Shown: positions 8,031-16,763, counted from the stretch's first letter. The stretch: DNA of 48,958 nucleotides from Candidatus Woesearchaeota archaeon (GCA_964558795.1 CAZLFJ010000002.1:1-48958); one strand, 5' to 3'. The notes: generated by a model not told the origin, from the letters alone. Program-made: numbers and translations.

Positions 8031-8094
8031 TGCAACGTGGTTTGAACACCAAGGAGGTGCGAGTACCTCTTCGAGGTCACTTCAACTAAATGAA

Positions 8095-8139
8095 GTTTTC
8101 TTTGGTTAGGAGGAGCTTTCTTTTGTGAAAAGAAAGGAG
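8095..8139 (+). repeat. ~44-nt hairpin repeat family, copy R0
   Basis: GTTTTCTTTGGTTAGGAGGAGCTTTCTTTTGTGAAAAGAAAGGAG contains a 9-bp stem CTTTCTTTT/AAAAGAAAG. It aligns with R1 and R2. Confidence 0.6.
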
Positions 8140-8178
8140 TTCGTTGAAGTTCCCAAAAAACTTCTTGTTTTTTTAGGA

Positions 8179-8191
8179 CTCCTTTCCCCAT
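8179..8191 (+). repeat. exact 13-nt duplicate of the tRNA-Leu 3-prime end (CTCCTTTCCCCAT)
   Basis: Identical to 7962-7974 (T-stem 3-prime strand, acceptor 3-prime strand, discriminator plus one nt). Confidence 0.7.
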
Positions 8192-8199
8192 CTAAATTA

Positions 8200-8243
8200 G
8201 TTTCTTTGATTGGGAGAAATCTTTCTTTTCTAAAGAAAGATAG
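8200..8243 (+). repeat. ~44-nt hairpin repeat family, copy R1
   Basis: GTTTCTTTGATTGGGAGAAATCTTTCTTTTCTAAAGAAAGATAG. 38 of 44 nt are identical to R2 at 21847-21890. It has a 9-bp stem TCTTTCTTT/AAAGAAAGA. Confidence 0.75.
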
Positions 8244-8258
8244 TTCAGAGGTATGCTC

Positions 8259-8280
8259 GAGGACACTTTGCAAATTTATT
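8259..8280 (+). repeat. 22-nt direct repeat, copy 2 (GAGGACACTTTGCAAATTTATT)
   Basis: 20 of 22 nt identical to 8009-8030. Confidence 0.7.
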
Positions 8281-8284
8281 AGGC

Positions 8285-8575
8285 CTACAAAACTTTAAAT
8301 CTTATAACCTCAACTTTTTCATTCAATGACAATTTCTCATTCTTTTTTATTGAGTTTATAACTCTTCGGGGAATATTTAATTTTTCTAGTTCACCAAGGC
8401 GAATCATTTTTGTTTGCAGAATTTTTACATTCCAATCTCTTCCAGCATAAGATTTGGCAGAATAAATTTTGTCCTCGAAATACTTTTTAATTTCATTTTT
8501 GATACGAATTGTCGTATTCTTTTTTTTATCAATAATGGCTTTTTTTTATCTTCCAGGGAAGAATATATTATTCAT
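8285..8575 (-). pseudogene. reading frame of 97 codons interrupted by an in-frame TAA at codon 10; unknown protein
   Basis: The minus strand reads ATG AAT AAT ATA TTC TTC CCT GGA AGA TAA AAA AAA GCC..., then 86 open codons (KKAIIDKKKNTTIRIKNEIKKYFEDKIYSAKSYAGRDWNVKILQTKMIRLGELEKLNIPRRVINSIKKNEKLSLNEKVEVIRFKVL) to a TAG at 8285-8287. The TAA starts an A8 homopolymer. There is no canonical start after the stop. Confidence 0.4.
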
Positions 8576-8713
8576 ATCCTTCAAATCATTACAAAATACC
8601 TAAACCTATCTATGAAATATTTTATTTAAAGAAAGTTTCTTTAATTTCAAAATATTGAAGTTTTTTTTGGAAGGACAAAAAATAAAAGATCCTTTGGGCA
8701 AAATAAAATAAGT

Positions 8714-9415
8714 TTACTTAAGAGCTTTCTTAACTTCTTCTAAATTTTTATTAAGAACTTTCGCGCTTTCAGTTAAAATTTCTCCACAGTCCATCAGTCC
8801 CCAGCTTTCAGCGACTATAACCAAATCGTCTGTTGGAGTTATTTCAACACCAGGAACATTCAAATCTTCAGAATCGAAATTACAAGCCCAAGCATTTTTA
8901 ACTTTTAGTTCACCATCAAATGTAAAAACCTTGGGATATCTTTCTGCAGGTTCCTGATGTTTCTTTGCTTCTGGCTTCAATATTATTTTGTTTAAATGAT
9001 AATAATAAACAAGTCCTGGAATATGTCTTGCATGATCACTTCCCTTTCCAAGAGATGCTCTCGCAACAACTTCAATTCCTTGTCCCTTATTTAATCTTAT
9101 TATTGGCAAATTTTTAATACAAACACCCTCTCCCAAAGATTCAGAAAGAACATCAACACCATCATCATGGCTTTCAACTTTCAACTTTAACTCTATAACA
9201 TCTCCTTCTTTTATTTTTTCATTTTGTAATGGGACAAGGCCAATTCTATGTGCTACGATTTCATCAGAGAATGAAGAATCATTTCTATAGATATCTACTT
9301 CCTTGATTGCAAGGGTACTTATTTCATTAATTGTTCTTCTTATTGCATTAGCTAGAGTTACATCTATCTTTGTAACTAAAACTTCTTTTGCCGAATCTTT
9401 GAAAACTTTTTCCAT
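8714..9415 (-). CDS. rpoD: DNA-directed RNA polymerase subunit D (Rpo3)
   Basis: ANAIRRTINEISTLAIKEVDIYRNDSSFSDEIVAHRIGLVPL is the RpoD/Rpb3 dimerisation-domain pattern. It sits in the conserved S13-S4-S11-RpoD order. Confidence 0.9.
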   Translation of the reverse strand: MEKVFKDSAKEVLVTKIDVTLANAIRRTINEISTLAIKEVDIYRNDSSFSDEIVAHRIGLVPLQNEKIKEGDVIELKLKVESHDDGVDVLSESLGEGVCIKNLPIIRLNKGQGIEVVARASLGKGSDHARHIPGLVYYYHLNKIILKPEAKKHQEPAERYPKVFTFDGELKVKNAWACNFDSEDLNVPGVEITPTDDLVIVAESWGLMDCGEILTESAKVLNKNLEEVKKALK

Positions 9416-9439
9416 TGTTTTTTTATTTCTTTAGCTTAT

Positions 9440-9829
9440 TTAAACTCTTCTACCTCTTCTTCCACCCTTCTTTTTAGGACCTCCTCTAGGAATACAAGTT
9501 ATTTCAGCTATACTAATAATCTTAAAACCTTCTTTGGTTAATGTTCTAACAAGTGCATTTGCTCCAGGTCCAGCTCCCGTGCTTCCGGTCTGACCCTTTA
9601 TTCTCACATAGAATGCAGTAATTTCATAATCCTTTATCATCTCTTTAAGTTTTTTTGCCATAAACATCCCAATTGTAGGATTAGCCTTTAGACGATTGTG
9701 TTTTGTAACCTGTCCTCCAGACAATCTTGCAATTGTATTTCCAGCAAGATCTGTAACTTGTGCGATGGTATTATTAAAACTAGCATAGATATAAACAATG
9801 CCTACATGTTTATCTTCACTCTTATTCAT
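9440..9829 (-). CDS. rps11: 30S ribosomal protein S11 (uS11)
   Basis: GIVYIYASFNNTIAQVTDLAGN...GGPKKKGGRRGRRV is typical of uS11. Confidence 0.95.
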   Translation of the reverse strand: MNKSEDKHVGIVYIYASFNNTIAQVTDLAGNTIARLSGGQVTKHNRLKANPTIGMFMAKKLKEMIKDYEITAFYVRIKGQTGSTGAGPGANALVRTLTKEGFKIISIAEITCIPRGGPKKKGGRRGRRV

Positions 9830-10298
9830 TTGCTTTAGCCTCCTTATTTCTTACAATATTAATCTTGTTTTCAAGTTCAGAAGTTATAAAGAATGAAGGA
9901 ATATTTACAAAATTTCCATCAACTGTCACTTTTTTATGAACAATCATTTGTCTAGCTTCTTTCACAGTTCCAACAAGCTTCTTTTTGAAAACCATTGTTT
10001 GTAATCTTCTATCAAGTATATCTTCTTTTGTTAATGCAAGTGCATCAGCAGTACTTTTAACTTTTATTCCCATTCCATTTAATTTAGCAAAAAATGCATT
10101 TCGCTCTTCATCTGTCTTAGGAATCAAGGCCTTGGCCCTTCTTCTCATCTTAGAAACAACAGATTCTGCTTTCCATATTTCTTTCTTGTTTTTTAATCCA
10201 TATTCCAAAACAATTCTGTTTTCTGCTTCAATTCTTACCTTATCGAACATCTTCTTTGGTTTTCTATACAAATTTTTCTTTTTCTTTATATCTCCCAT
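9822..10298 (-). CDS. rps4: 30S ribosomal protein S4 (uS4)
   Basis: LDRRLQTMVFKKKLVGTVKEARQMIVHKKVTVDG is an S4 RNA-binding domain. Gene order supports the call. Confidence 0.9.
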   Translation of the reverse strand: MGDIKKKKNLYRKPKKMFDKVRIEAENRIVLEYGLKNKKEIWKAESVVSKMRRRAKALIPKTDEERNAFFAKLNGMGIKVKSTADALALTKEDILDRRLQTMVFKKKLVGTVKEARQMIVHKKVTVDGNFVNIPSFFITSELENKINIVRNKEAKANE

Positions 10299-10299
10299 A

Positions 10300-10764
10300 T
10301 TATTTCTTCTTTATTCCTCCACTCTTAGATTTATTCTTTCTGAAATGTGATTTTGTTCTCTGGCCTCTCACAGGTTGACCCAATGTATGTCTTACTCCTT
10401 TATAAGATTTCATCTTCTTCATTCCCTTAATATCAAATTCTTTTTGTAAATCTAAATCAGCACCAACAAGATGTCTATCTACTCCACTATCAGAATCCTT
10501 TCTTCTGTTCTTTAAGAAATTAAATGCTAATTCTCCAGTTCCAGAGATAAATCCTTCAATTGCCTTAATTTCCTCCTCGGTCAATTCATCTATTCTCTTA
10601 TTTTTATCCAGTTTCATCTTTATACAAATTGCATTAGAAAACATCCAAGAAATTCCCTTTATCTCTGTTAAACCTGTATATACCCTTTTATTTCCAAATA
10701 TGTCTTTGGCAGCTATTCTTACTAGCTTTACATTCTCGTTTGGGTCTTTTTGATTTGGTCTCAT
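10300..10764 (-). CDS. rps13: 30S ribosomal protein S13 (uS13)
   Basis: VRIAAKDIFGNKRVYTGLTEIKGI...YKGVRHTLGQPVRGQRTKSHFR matches uS13. Confidence 0.9.
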   Translation of the reverse strand: MRPNQKDPNENVKLVRIAAKDIFGNKRVYTGLTEIKGISWMFSNAICIKMKLDKNKRIDELTEEEIKAIEGFISGTGELAFNFLKNRRKDSDSGVDRHLVGADLDLQKEFDIKGMKKMKSYKGVRHTLGQPVRGQRTKSHFRKNKSKSGGIKKK

Positions 10765-11297
10765 TTTATAAATAGATTATATCTCTGCATTTCGGTTAAT
10801 TCTTCGAATATTCTTTTTTCAATTATTTTTTGTGGATCTGGAAGATTTGCAACTCTCTTTCTTATGTCTTCAAATGAAACAAAGGGTCCTTTATCTCTTT
10901 CTCCCAGTATTGCTTTACTATGTTTGTTTCCACAACCAGGTAAAAGTTCAAGTTGGTGCAATCTTGTATTCATTGCAGTAGCACTATTAAAAAACTCTAC
11001 AAATCTTGGTTCATTATCTTGAACGTATTTTGTGATAATCTCTAATAGATTTGCCTTTGCATTCTCAGTTAGTTTCTCTCTATGTAATTTTCCTTTAATA
11101 AATTGAATTTTATCTCTTTTACCCTCCCCAATATAAACTTCTTCTTTTGGTTCAAAGCTTAAACCTTTTCTTGGAGCTAGATGTAACAATGTCAGAGTAT
11201 TCTTTCCAACTGCTTGTACAATGGGGCTTCTAAAGTTCTCTAAAGGATAACCATAAGGTAAAAAATCCAAAACAAGTGCGTATTCTTCTTTTTCCAT
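10761..11297 (-). CDS. DUF655-family protein (OB-fold plus helix-hairpin-helix, putative RNA/nucleotide-binding)
   Basis: EYALVLDFLPYGYP...FFNSATAMNTRLHQLELLPGCGNKHSKAIL is the DUF655 pattern. It sits in the archaeal L21e-RpoF-DUF655 cluster. Confidence 0.75.
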   Translation of the reverse strand: MEKEEYALVLDFLPYGYPLENFRSPIVQAVGKNTLTLLHLAPRKGLSFEPKEEVYIGEGKRDKIQFIKGKLHREKLTENAKANLLEIITKYVQDNEPRFVEFFNSATAMNTRLHQLELLPGCGNKHSKAILGERDKGPFVSFEDIRKRVANLPDPQKIIEKRIFEELTEMQRYNLFIK

Positions 11298-11301
11298 ATT
11301 T

Positions 11302-11595
11302 TTACTTTAAAACTCCCAAAATTTTTGTTATTTCTTCCTGATCTAGAGATATTCCTTCCAAAACCTTCATTACATCTTGAGCATCCTTAGGCATAAAATT
11401 CACCAAACTTACTATGCTTTCCTCATTTAATTTCATAAGATTTAAGGCTCTTAGTTCTTCTCTTAATTTTTTAGCTATTTTAGCATCCATATCTGTAAAC
11501 TCTTTAGCAAAAAGTTTTATCTTTTCAGCTCTAGGAGCATCTCCAACTATTTCTACTACTTCTGGGATTGTGATGGGTATTCTTTCTTTTATCAT
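11302..11595 (-). CDS. rpoF: DNA-directed RNA polymerase subunit F (Rpo4, Rpb4 family)
   Basis: Size, position downstream of L21e, and the C-terminal LVNFMPKDAQDVMKVL pattern. Confidence 0.7.
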   Translation of the reverse strand: MIKERIPITIPEVVEIVGDAPRAEKIKLFAKEFTDMDAKIAKKLREELRALNLMKLNEESIVSLVNFMPKDAQDVMKVLEGISLDQEEITKILGVLK

Positions 11596-11849
11596 TTTAG
11601 CACCTTTAGATGAATCGGATGTATTATAAACCTTTTCTTCTTGTTTCCATCCATTAAATCAACAAGCTTATATTCTCCTTGATCTCCGACAATATTTCCA
11701 GTTAATCCAACAATTCTTGTAGGATGATTGCTAGAAACTGACTTTTCTTGAACCACTGCAACTTTCTGCCCATTTACCATTTCTTTAAAGTATTCACTAA
11801 GTTTAATTTTACCTTTTTCTCTTATATTCTTGTTTTTCTTTTTTGCCAT
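11592..11849 (-). CDS. rpl21e: 50S ribosomal protein L21e (eL21)
   Basis: KIKLSEYFKEMVNGQKVAVVQEKS...HPTRIVGLTGNIVG is an SH3-like L21e pattern. Confidence 0.8.
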   Translation of the reverse strand: MAKKKNKNIREKGKIKLSEYFKEMVNGQKVAVVQEKSVSSNHPTRIVGLTGNIVGDQGEYKLVDLMDGNKKKRFIIHPIHLKVLK

Positions 11850-11895
11850 TTTCCAATAATAATAAAATCAACATAAAGTTGCTTTAAAAAGGTTT

Positions 11896-12132
11896 TCAAT
11901 TGCTATTTTCTAGCAATTCGTTTTGATTTCCTTGTTTTTGTTCAACATTCACGGATTTTTGTTCGCCTACTCTTCCCAGTTCCAAATTGCCTTTCTGTTT
12001 CTCAGATTCCATACTTGAGATAATCGCAGCAGACATTTTTGGCCCCCAAACCTTATGCATACATCCTCTGCACATATCCACGACAGATTCCTCTTCTATC
12101 GGAACTAAGCAGTATATACACTTCTTTGCCAT
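11896..12132 (-). CDS. small zinc-ribbon protein (CxxC...CxxC), function unknown
   Basis: [30 protein letters not shown]. The ATG at 12132 is preferred because a TTTAAAAA-type box at ~12153-12162 lies 22-30 nt upstream. Confidence 0.5.
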   Translation of the reverse strand: MAKKCIYCLVPIEEESVVDMCRGCMHKVWGPKMSAAIISSMESEKQKGNLELGRVGEQKSVNVEQKQGNQNELLENSN

Positions 12133-12243
12133 TTCATTTTTCATTTACCGGCATTTTTAAACCTGTTGTTTTTGCAATTTTCAATTGAGATTTATTTTAG
12201 GTTCAGCAAAAACATTTATAAAGCAATACACACTAAATCAAAT

Positions 12244-13083
12244 ATGAAAAAAAGTTTGGTGTTTTCGTTTTTAATCGTATTATTCAGCTTGGCTACAGTT
12301 CTAGCCGAATGTAATCTTGGACTGACCATGGTAAACCAAGACCCAGACCCAGCAGTTCCTGGAGATTATGTAAAACTTCTATTTCAAGTTTCTGGTGTTG
12401 AAGGTTCAGATTGTGGAGATGTTTCTCTTGAACTACTAAATAATTATCCTATTCAATTCGATCCCGGTTTTAATCCTATTCAAACATTCAAGGCAGGAAC
12501 ATTCTCAAGGGGCTATAACTCCAATTGGGTTGTTCCTTATAATGTAAGGATAGACTCCGCAGCTCTCGACGGGGATGCAGAAATTGAAGTTTTATATTCA
12601 ACAAAAGGTGTAGATTCTTTTAAACTATCCAAAAAGTTTAATCTAAGGGTTGAAGAAGTTAGAGCAGATTTTCAAGTATTTGTAAGGTCATATAATTATG
12701 ACACAAAAATATTAACTCTTGAAATACTTAATACTGGAAAAACAGACATTAAATCTTTAGTTCTAACTGTTCCTTCCCAAGAAACCATAAAGATATTCGG
12801 CGGAAACAGAAACATAGTGGGAGATTTAGATTCAAACGACTATACTTCCACCGATTTTGAAGCAAGTCCTTCAGATGGAAAGATCCTGGTAGAATTAGAA
12901 TACACCGACAAAACAGGTGAGAGAAGATCTCTGGAGAAAGAAGTTGTATTCGAATCTGCTTATTTTGAGCATACAATCCCCGACAACTCTGCAAACACTA
13001 GGAATTTAATAATCGGCGCAGTTATAATTGTTGTATTTATTCTGTGGAGAGTTTTCAAGAAGAAAAAGAAGTTAATAAGATGA
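12244..13083 (+). CDS. secreted COG1361/CARDB-like beta-sandwich protein with a C-terminal TM anchor (partner of the adjacent ABC transporter locus)
   Basis: Signal peptide MKKSLVFSFLIVLFSLATVLA, then NQDPDPAVPGDYVKLLFQVSG, which is typical of archaeal S-layer-like domain proteins. C-terminal IIGAVIIVVFILW plus KKKKK. The start was set to the ATG at 12244, ~25 nt downstream of TTTATAAA. Confidence 0.6.
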   Translation: MKKSLVFSFLIVLFSLATVLAECNLGLTMVNQDPDPAVPGDYVKLLFQVSGVEGSDCGDVSLELLNNYPIQFDPGFNPIQTFKAGTFSRGYNSNWVVPYNVRIDSAALDGDAEIEVLYSTKGVDSFKLSKKFNLRVEEVRADFQVFVRSYNYDTKILTLEILNTGKTDIKSLVLTVPSQETIKIFGGNRNIVGDLDSNDYTSTDFEASPSDGKILVELEYTDKTGERRSLEKEVVFESAYFEHTIPDNSANTRNLIIGAVIIVVFILWRVFKKKKKLIR

Positions 13084-13436
13084 AAAAGTCAATAAAGATG
13101 ATAGGATATTGTTTTATTATTCTTATTATTCTTTGGAGTTCTCTATTGGTTACCCATTCAATCAATTCAAATGAATTGGAATCAAGAAAGAAATGCCAAA
13201 TAGACTCGGATTGTATATTTTATAGAATTCCTCCATGCGAATCCCAGATAATTATCAATAAGAAAAGAACAATTCTTTATGAGTTAGAAAGAGTTCTAAG
13301 AATTGGAAATCCTTTTGTGTTTTTTGATAGGGGATGTTCTCTCCTGGATCTTGTTCCTCTAGAAGAGAATTTTATTCCCGCATGTATCGAAAATACTTGT
13401 AGGCCACAGAATACAAAATTGGAAAGGTCAGAATAA
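13080..13436 (+). CDS. small membrane-anchored or secreted Cys-rich protein
   Basis: MKKSIKMIGYCFIILIILWSSLLVTHS signal/anchor plus six Cys. The ATG overlaps the upstream stop (ATGA). Confidence 0.5.
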   Translation: MKKSIKMIGYCFIILIILWSSLLVTHSINSNELESRKKCQIDSDCIFYRIPPCESQIIINKKRTILYELERVLRIGNPFVFFDRGCSLLDLVPLEENFIPACIENTCRPQNTKLERSE

Positions 13437-13615
13437 GGCAAGAAAAGAAAAATTAGAAATTTACATAAGGTATTTTTAATAAAATCCACTGGAATTCCAA
13501 AGCCAAACTATCATGATGTTCATCATATTTCTTATTGGACTCCAGATTCAAAGGAAAACATAAGTCCAACAACAAAACTAATCCTAGAAAGGTATCTGTC
13601 TGAATTCAAATAACC

Positions 13616-14827
13616 CTACTCATACCTCAACGCATCTACTGGATTAATCTTCGAAGCCCTCACTGCTGGTAAAACTCCAGATACTGCTCCAGTTACGGTC
13701 GCAAATAAGATACACCCCACAAATAGCCATACAGAGAATAAGGGTTTAAGAAAACTCCATCCAAGAGATGCTAAGATTTCTCCTCCGATATAACTAATTC
13801 CCGCACCAATTCCAACTCCAATAACTCCTGCCACAAAGCCTATAAGTGCAGATTCAAACAAAAAGATTCCAAGTATTTCAGAATTTTTTGCACCAATTGA
13901 TTTCATAACTCCAATCTCTTTATATCTTTCAAGAACTGATGTTATCATTGTGTTAGAAGTGTTTATTGCAGAAACTAAAACAGATACCAGTGCAATTAAA
14001 ATAATAAATCCTATTACAACATTCAGTGCACCAGAATAAGATTTTATTAGGTCATCAAAACTTTGAACATAAAAATCTTCCTCCCCCCTTTTTACGTTTC
14101 TTTCTCTTCTTAGTGCTTCTTCTATTTTTTCAATAACTATCTCCATATTATCCATATCTACTCTTGCTATAATCATACCATATCCTTCAATATCTGGATA
14201 CAATTCGAGAGCATAGTCGTTTGTAATATAAATTGAGGCATCATCTTGTGGCGAACCAATTTCTTCGAAGAACCCAACAACGGTCAAATCTTCTCCCTGA
14301 ACATTTATTTTTTGATTTAATTCAAATCTTTTTTCAAAAACGATTTTATCTTTTGTAAATCCATGCCCCAAGATAACTCTCTTTCCATCATTCTCTTGTA
14401 ATAATCTCCCGCTGGCCAATTTTATATTTGATACCTCAAGCATTATTGGCTTTTTTGGATCATATCCCATCAAAAAAGTATATATTGTTTCATCTCCTTT
14501 CTTCATTTCAGCAGCCCTAACTATCGCTCCACTAGCTTCGTAAACTCCCGGAGTTTTTTCGATTGTCTTTAAATCAGATTCTGTCAACTGGAAATTATCA
14601 TCAAGTCCTGGAACAAGGCCTCCACCCGAGGGCTGTATAATGATTTTATCAACAGCGGAGCCCTTACTTAATTCCCCTATGTAATTATAAAGTCCTAATC
14701 CAAAACTTATAAAAATAAAAATAGTAATTATTCCAATCAGAATAGACAGGGCCGTAAGGAATGTACGAGCCTTTCTATTTTTTAAATTTCTAAATACATA
14801 TTTTATTCCTTCGTTAGTTATTATCAT
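13616..14827 (-). CDS. ABC transporter permease, MacB/FtsX family
   Basis: N-terminal TM, large periplasmic-type domain, and a C-terminal FtsX 3-TM bundle with YKEIGVMKSIGAKNSEI. Confidence 0.9.
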   Translation of the reverse strand: MIITNEGIKYVFRNLKNRKARTFLTALSILIGIITIFIFISFGLGLYNYIGELSKGSAVDKIIIQPSGGGLVPGLDDNFQLTESDLKTIEKTPGVYEASGAIVRAAEMKKGDETIYTFLMGYDPKKPIMLEVSNIKLASGRLLQENDGKRVILGHGFTKDKIVFEKRFELNQKINVQGEDLTVVGFFEEIGSPQDDASIYITNDYALELYPDIEGYGMIIARVDMDNMEIVIEKIEEALRRERNVKRGEEDFYVQSFDDLIKSYSGALNVVIGFIILIALVSVLVSAINTSNTMITSVLERYKEIGVMKSIGAKNSEILGIFLFESALIGFVAGVIGVGIGAGISYIGGEILASLGWSFLKPLFSVWLFVGCILFATVTGAVSGVLPAVRASKINPVDALRYE

Positions 14828-16044
14828 CTCAAGGCCTCCACGGGATTTTGATTTGCTGCTTTTAGTGCAGGTGCAATTCCTGCAACACCGCCAATAATAA
14901 AACTTCCTAAAAATACTGAAGCTATCATTATCAAATCAAATTCTAATGTTAAATTCGTTGACAAAAAATTTCCAAGGACCCTAATTCCTGCCCAACCAAT
15001 AAGTGTTCCAAATGCCACACCCACAATTCCTCCAATCAAACCTAGCATTCCAGATTCAATAAAAAATTGTAAAAAAATATGACTATTCTTTGCGCCTATC
15101 GCCTTCATTATTCCTATATCTCTTCTTCTTTCAAGAACAGAAGTAGTCATGGTATTTACAATACCAACAACGCCCACAACTATAGAGATTCCTGCAACAA
15201 GAATTATAAAAATTTGGACACCAGTAATTATGTCATTAATCATCGCAAGACTCGCCTCAGGGGTTGAGACCTCAAAATCCTCTTCGCCAATTTTCACATT
15301 CCTTGTTTTTCGTAGTGCTTTTTCAACATCTTCTTTAGTCTGTTCAAGTTTATCTTTTGATTCGGGTTGGACGGCAATTATATCTATCTTATCCCCATAA
15401 TCAAGCAATTTTTTCATATCTTCATCGGTCATATAAATAACATTATCTGTGATAAAACTTCCCTTTCTCTCTGTAACTCCTATCACTTCAAATCTTTGTC
15501 CATTAAGAAACACTCGATTTCCAGCAATTATTTTTTTATCTCCTAGTCCTGTTTTACCTGCATAAAAATTATATCCCAAAACAATTTTATTTGTATCTCC
15601 ACTCTCAAAAAATCTTCCATTCTCCATTTCTAGTTCCAAAAACTCATACAAAAACCTTCTTTCTTCAAGAGGAATATTTGTCGTAAATCCGTTAATAGTT
15701 TTCTTATCAAATTCTAATTGGGCCGAACCAATATTTCTAGCTATTGCCCTCTTAACCGAAGGTAAACCTTCTATTTCTTCAAAATCTTTCTGATTTAATG
15801 GCCTTGTGACTCCGGTTCCAGGGGGTCCAAGACCACTTAGTCCTCCTGCTTGAACGCTAATCATTTCATTAGAACTCATCCCAAATTGATTCATAACAGC
15901 TAGTTTAAGTCCATTACCCAGAAAAACAAGGGATACTACAACCGCTACACCGATTACTATTCCAAGTAGTGTCAACCAGCTTCTAAGTCCTCGATGTTTC
16001 AGGTTTTTTATTGCTAAAACAAAATAATCTTTTATCATTGTCAT
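14824..16044 (-). CDS. ABC transporter permease, MacB/FtsX family (paralog)
   Basis: Same architecture as the neighbouring permease: RRRDIGIMKAIGAKNSHI and C-terminal NPVEALR. Confidence 0.9.
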   Translation of the reverse strand: MTMIKDYFVLAIKNLKHRGLRSWLTLLGIVIGVAVVVSLVFLGNGLKLAVMNQFGMSSNEMISVQAGGLSGLGPPGTGVTRPLNQKDFEEIEGLPSVKRAIARNIGSAQLEFDKKTINGFTTNIPLEERRFLYEFLELEMENGRFFESGDTNKIVLGYNFYAGKTGLGDKKIIAGNRVFLNGQRFEVIGVTERKGSFITDNVIYMTDEDMKKLLDYGDKIDIIAVQPESKDKLEQTKEDVEKALRKTRNVKIGEEDFEVSTPEASLAMINDIITGVQIFIILVAGISIVVGVVGIVNTMTTSVLERRRDIGIMKAIGAKNSHIFLQFFIESGMLGLIGGIVGVAFGTLIGWAGIRVLGNFLSTNLTLEFDLIMIASVFLGSFIIGGVAGIAPALKAANQNPVEALR

Positions 16045-16742
16045 TTTTTCTTTTTTCCATAAGTTACCTTCTCAACCTTTCCATCTTTAAGCCAATAAAC
16101 TCTTTCAGCATACTTCTCAGCAAGATGTGGATCATGAGTTACCATCACAATTGTCTTTCCTTGTTTATGCAGTTTTTCAAGAAAATCTAAAACCTTTCCA
16201 CCAGTTTGAGAATCCAAGTTTCCCGTAGGTTCATCCGCAAGAATCACCTCAGGATCATTTGCCAGTGAACGAGCAATTGCCACTCTCTGTCTTTGTCCTC
16301 CAGAAAGTTCGTTAGGGTAGTGATTTGCTCTATCTCTCAACTCCACAAGTTCTAATAACTCCTTAACCTTTTTCTCCTGTTCATCCTTCGGTATTCCTTG
16401 AAATACCATTGGTAAAACAATATTTTCTTTCGCAGTCAAGGTTGGAATTAAATTAAAACTTTGAAAAATAAAACCAATTTTTTTCCCTCTAATCTGGGCC
16501 AAATCAGATTCATGTAAATTAGAAATATCATGACCATCTAAAAATATCTTTCCTCTCGTCGGAGTATCTAAACTTCCAACAAGATTCATCCCAGTACTTT
16601 TCCCACTACCTGAGGGACCCATAATCGCAACAAATTCTCCTTCTCTAACAGAAATATCGATTCCCGAAAGAGCATAAACCTCACTTTCTCCCATTTTGTA
16701 AATCTTGAATACATTCTCTAGTCGGATAATCTCTTTTTTCAT
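16041..16742 (-). CDS. ABC transporter ATP-binding protein (MacB/LolD-like)
   Basis: Walker [10 protein letters not shown], signature [14 protein letters not shown], Walker [12 protein letters not shown]. The ATG at 16742 ([11 protein letters not shown]) is preferred because of its TATA spacing. Confidence 0.95.
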   Translation of the reverse strand: MKKEIIRLENVFKIYKMGESEVYALSGIDISVREGEFVAIMGPSGSGKSTGMNLVGSLDTPTRGKIFLDGHDISNLHESDLAQIRGKKIGFIFQSFNLIPTLTAKENIVLPMVFQGIPKDEQEKKVKELLELVELRDRANHYPNELSGGQRQRVAIARSLANDPEVILADEPTGNLDSQTGGKVLDFLEKLHKQGKTIVMVTHDPHLAEKYAERVYWLKDGKVEKVTYGKKKK

Positions 16743-16763
16743 GATATTTTCAAGAACAAAAGC

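Noticed and set aside
7988-8191. 67-aa ORF in the supplied track, and the idea that the tRNA-Leu trailer encodes SRP (7S) RNA.
   Set aside because: The ORF spans repeats and hairpins and includes a copy of the tRNA 3-prime end, so it is unlikely to be coding. I could not find the conserved SRP helix-8 motifs (GNAR loop with the flanking AGCA/GGAA-type internal loops) on either strand.
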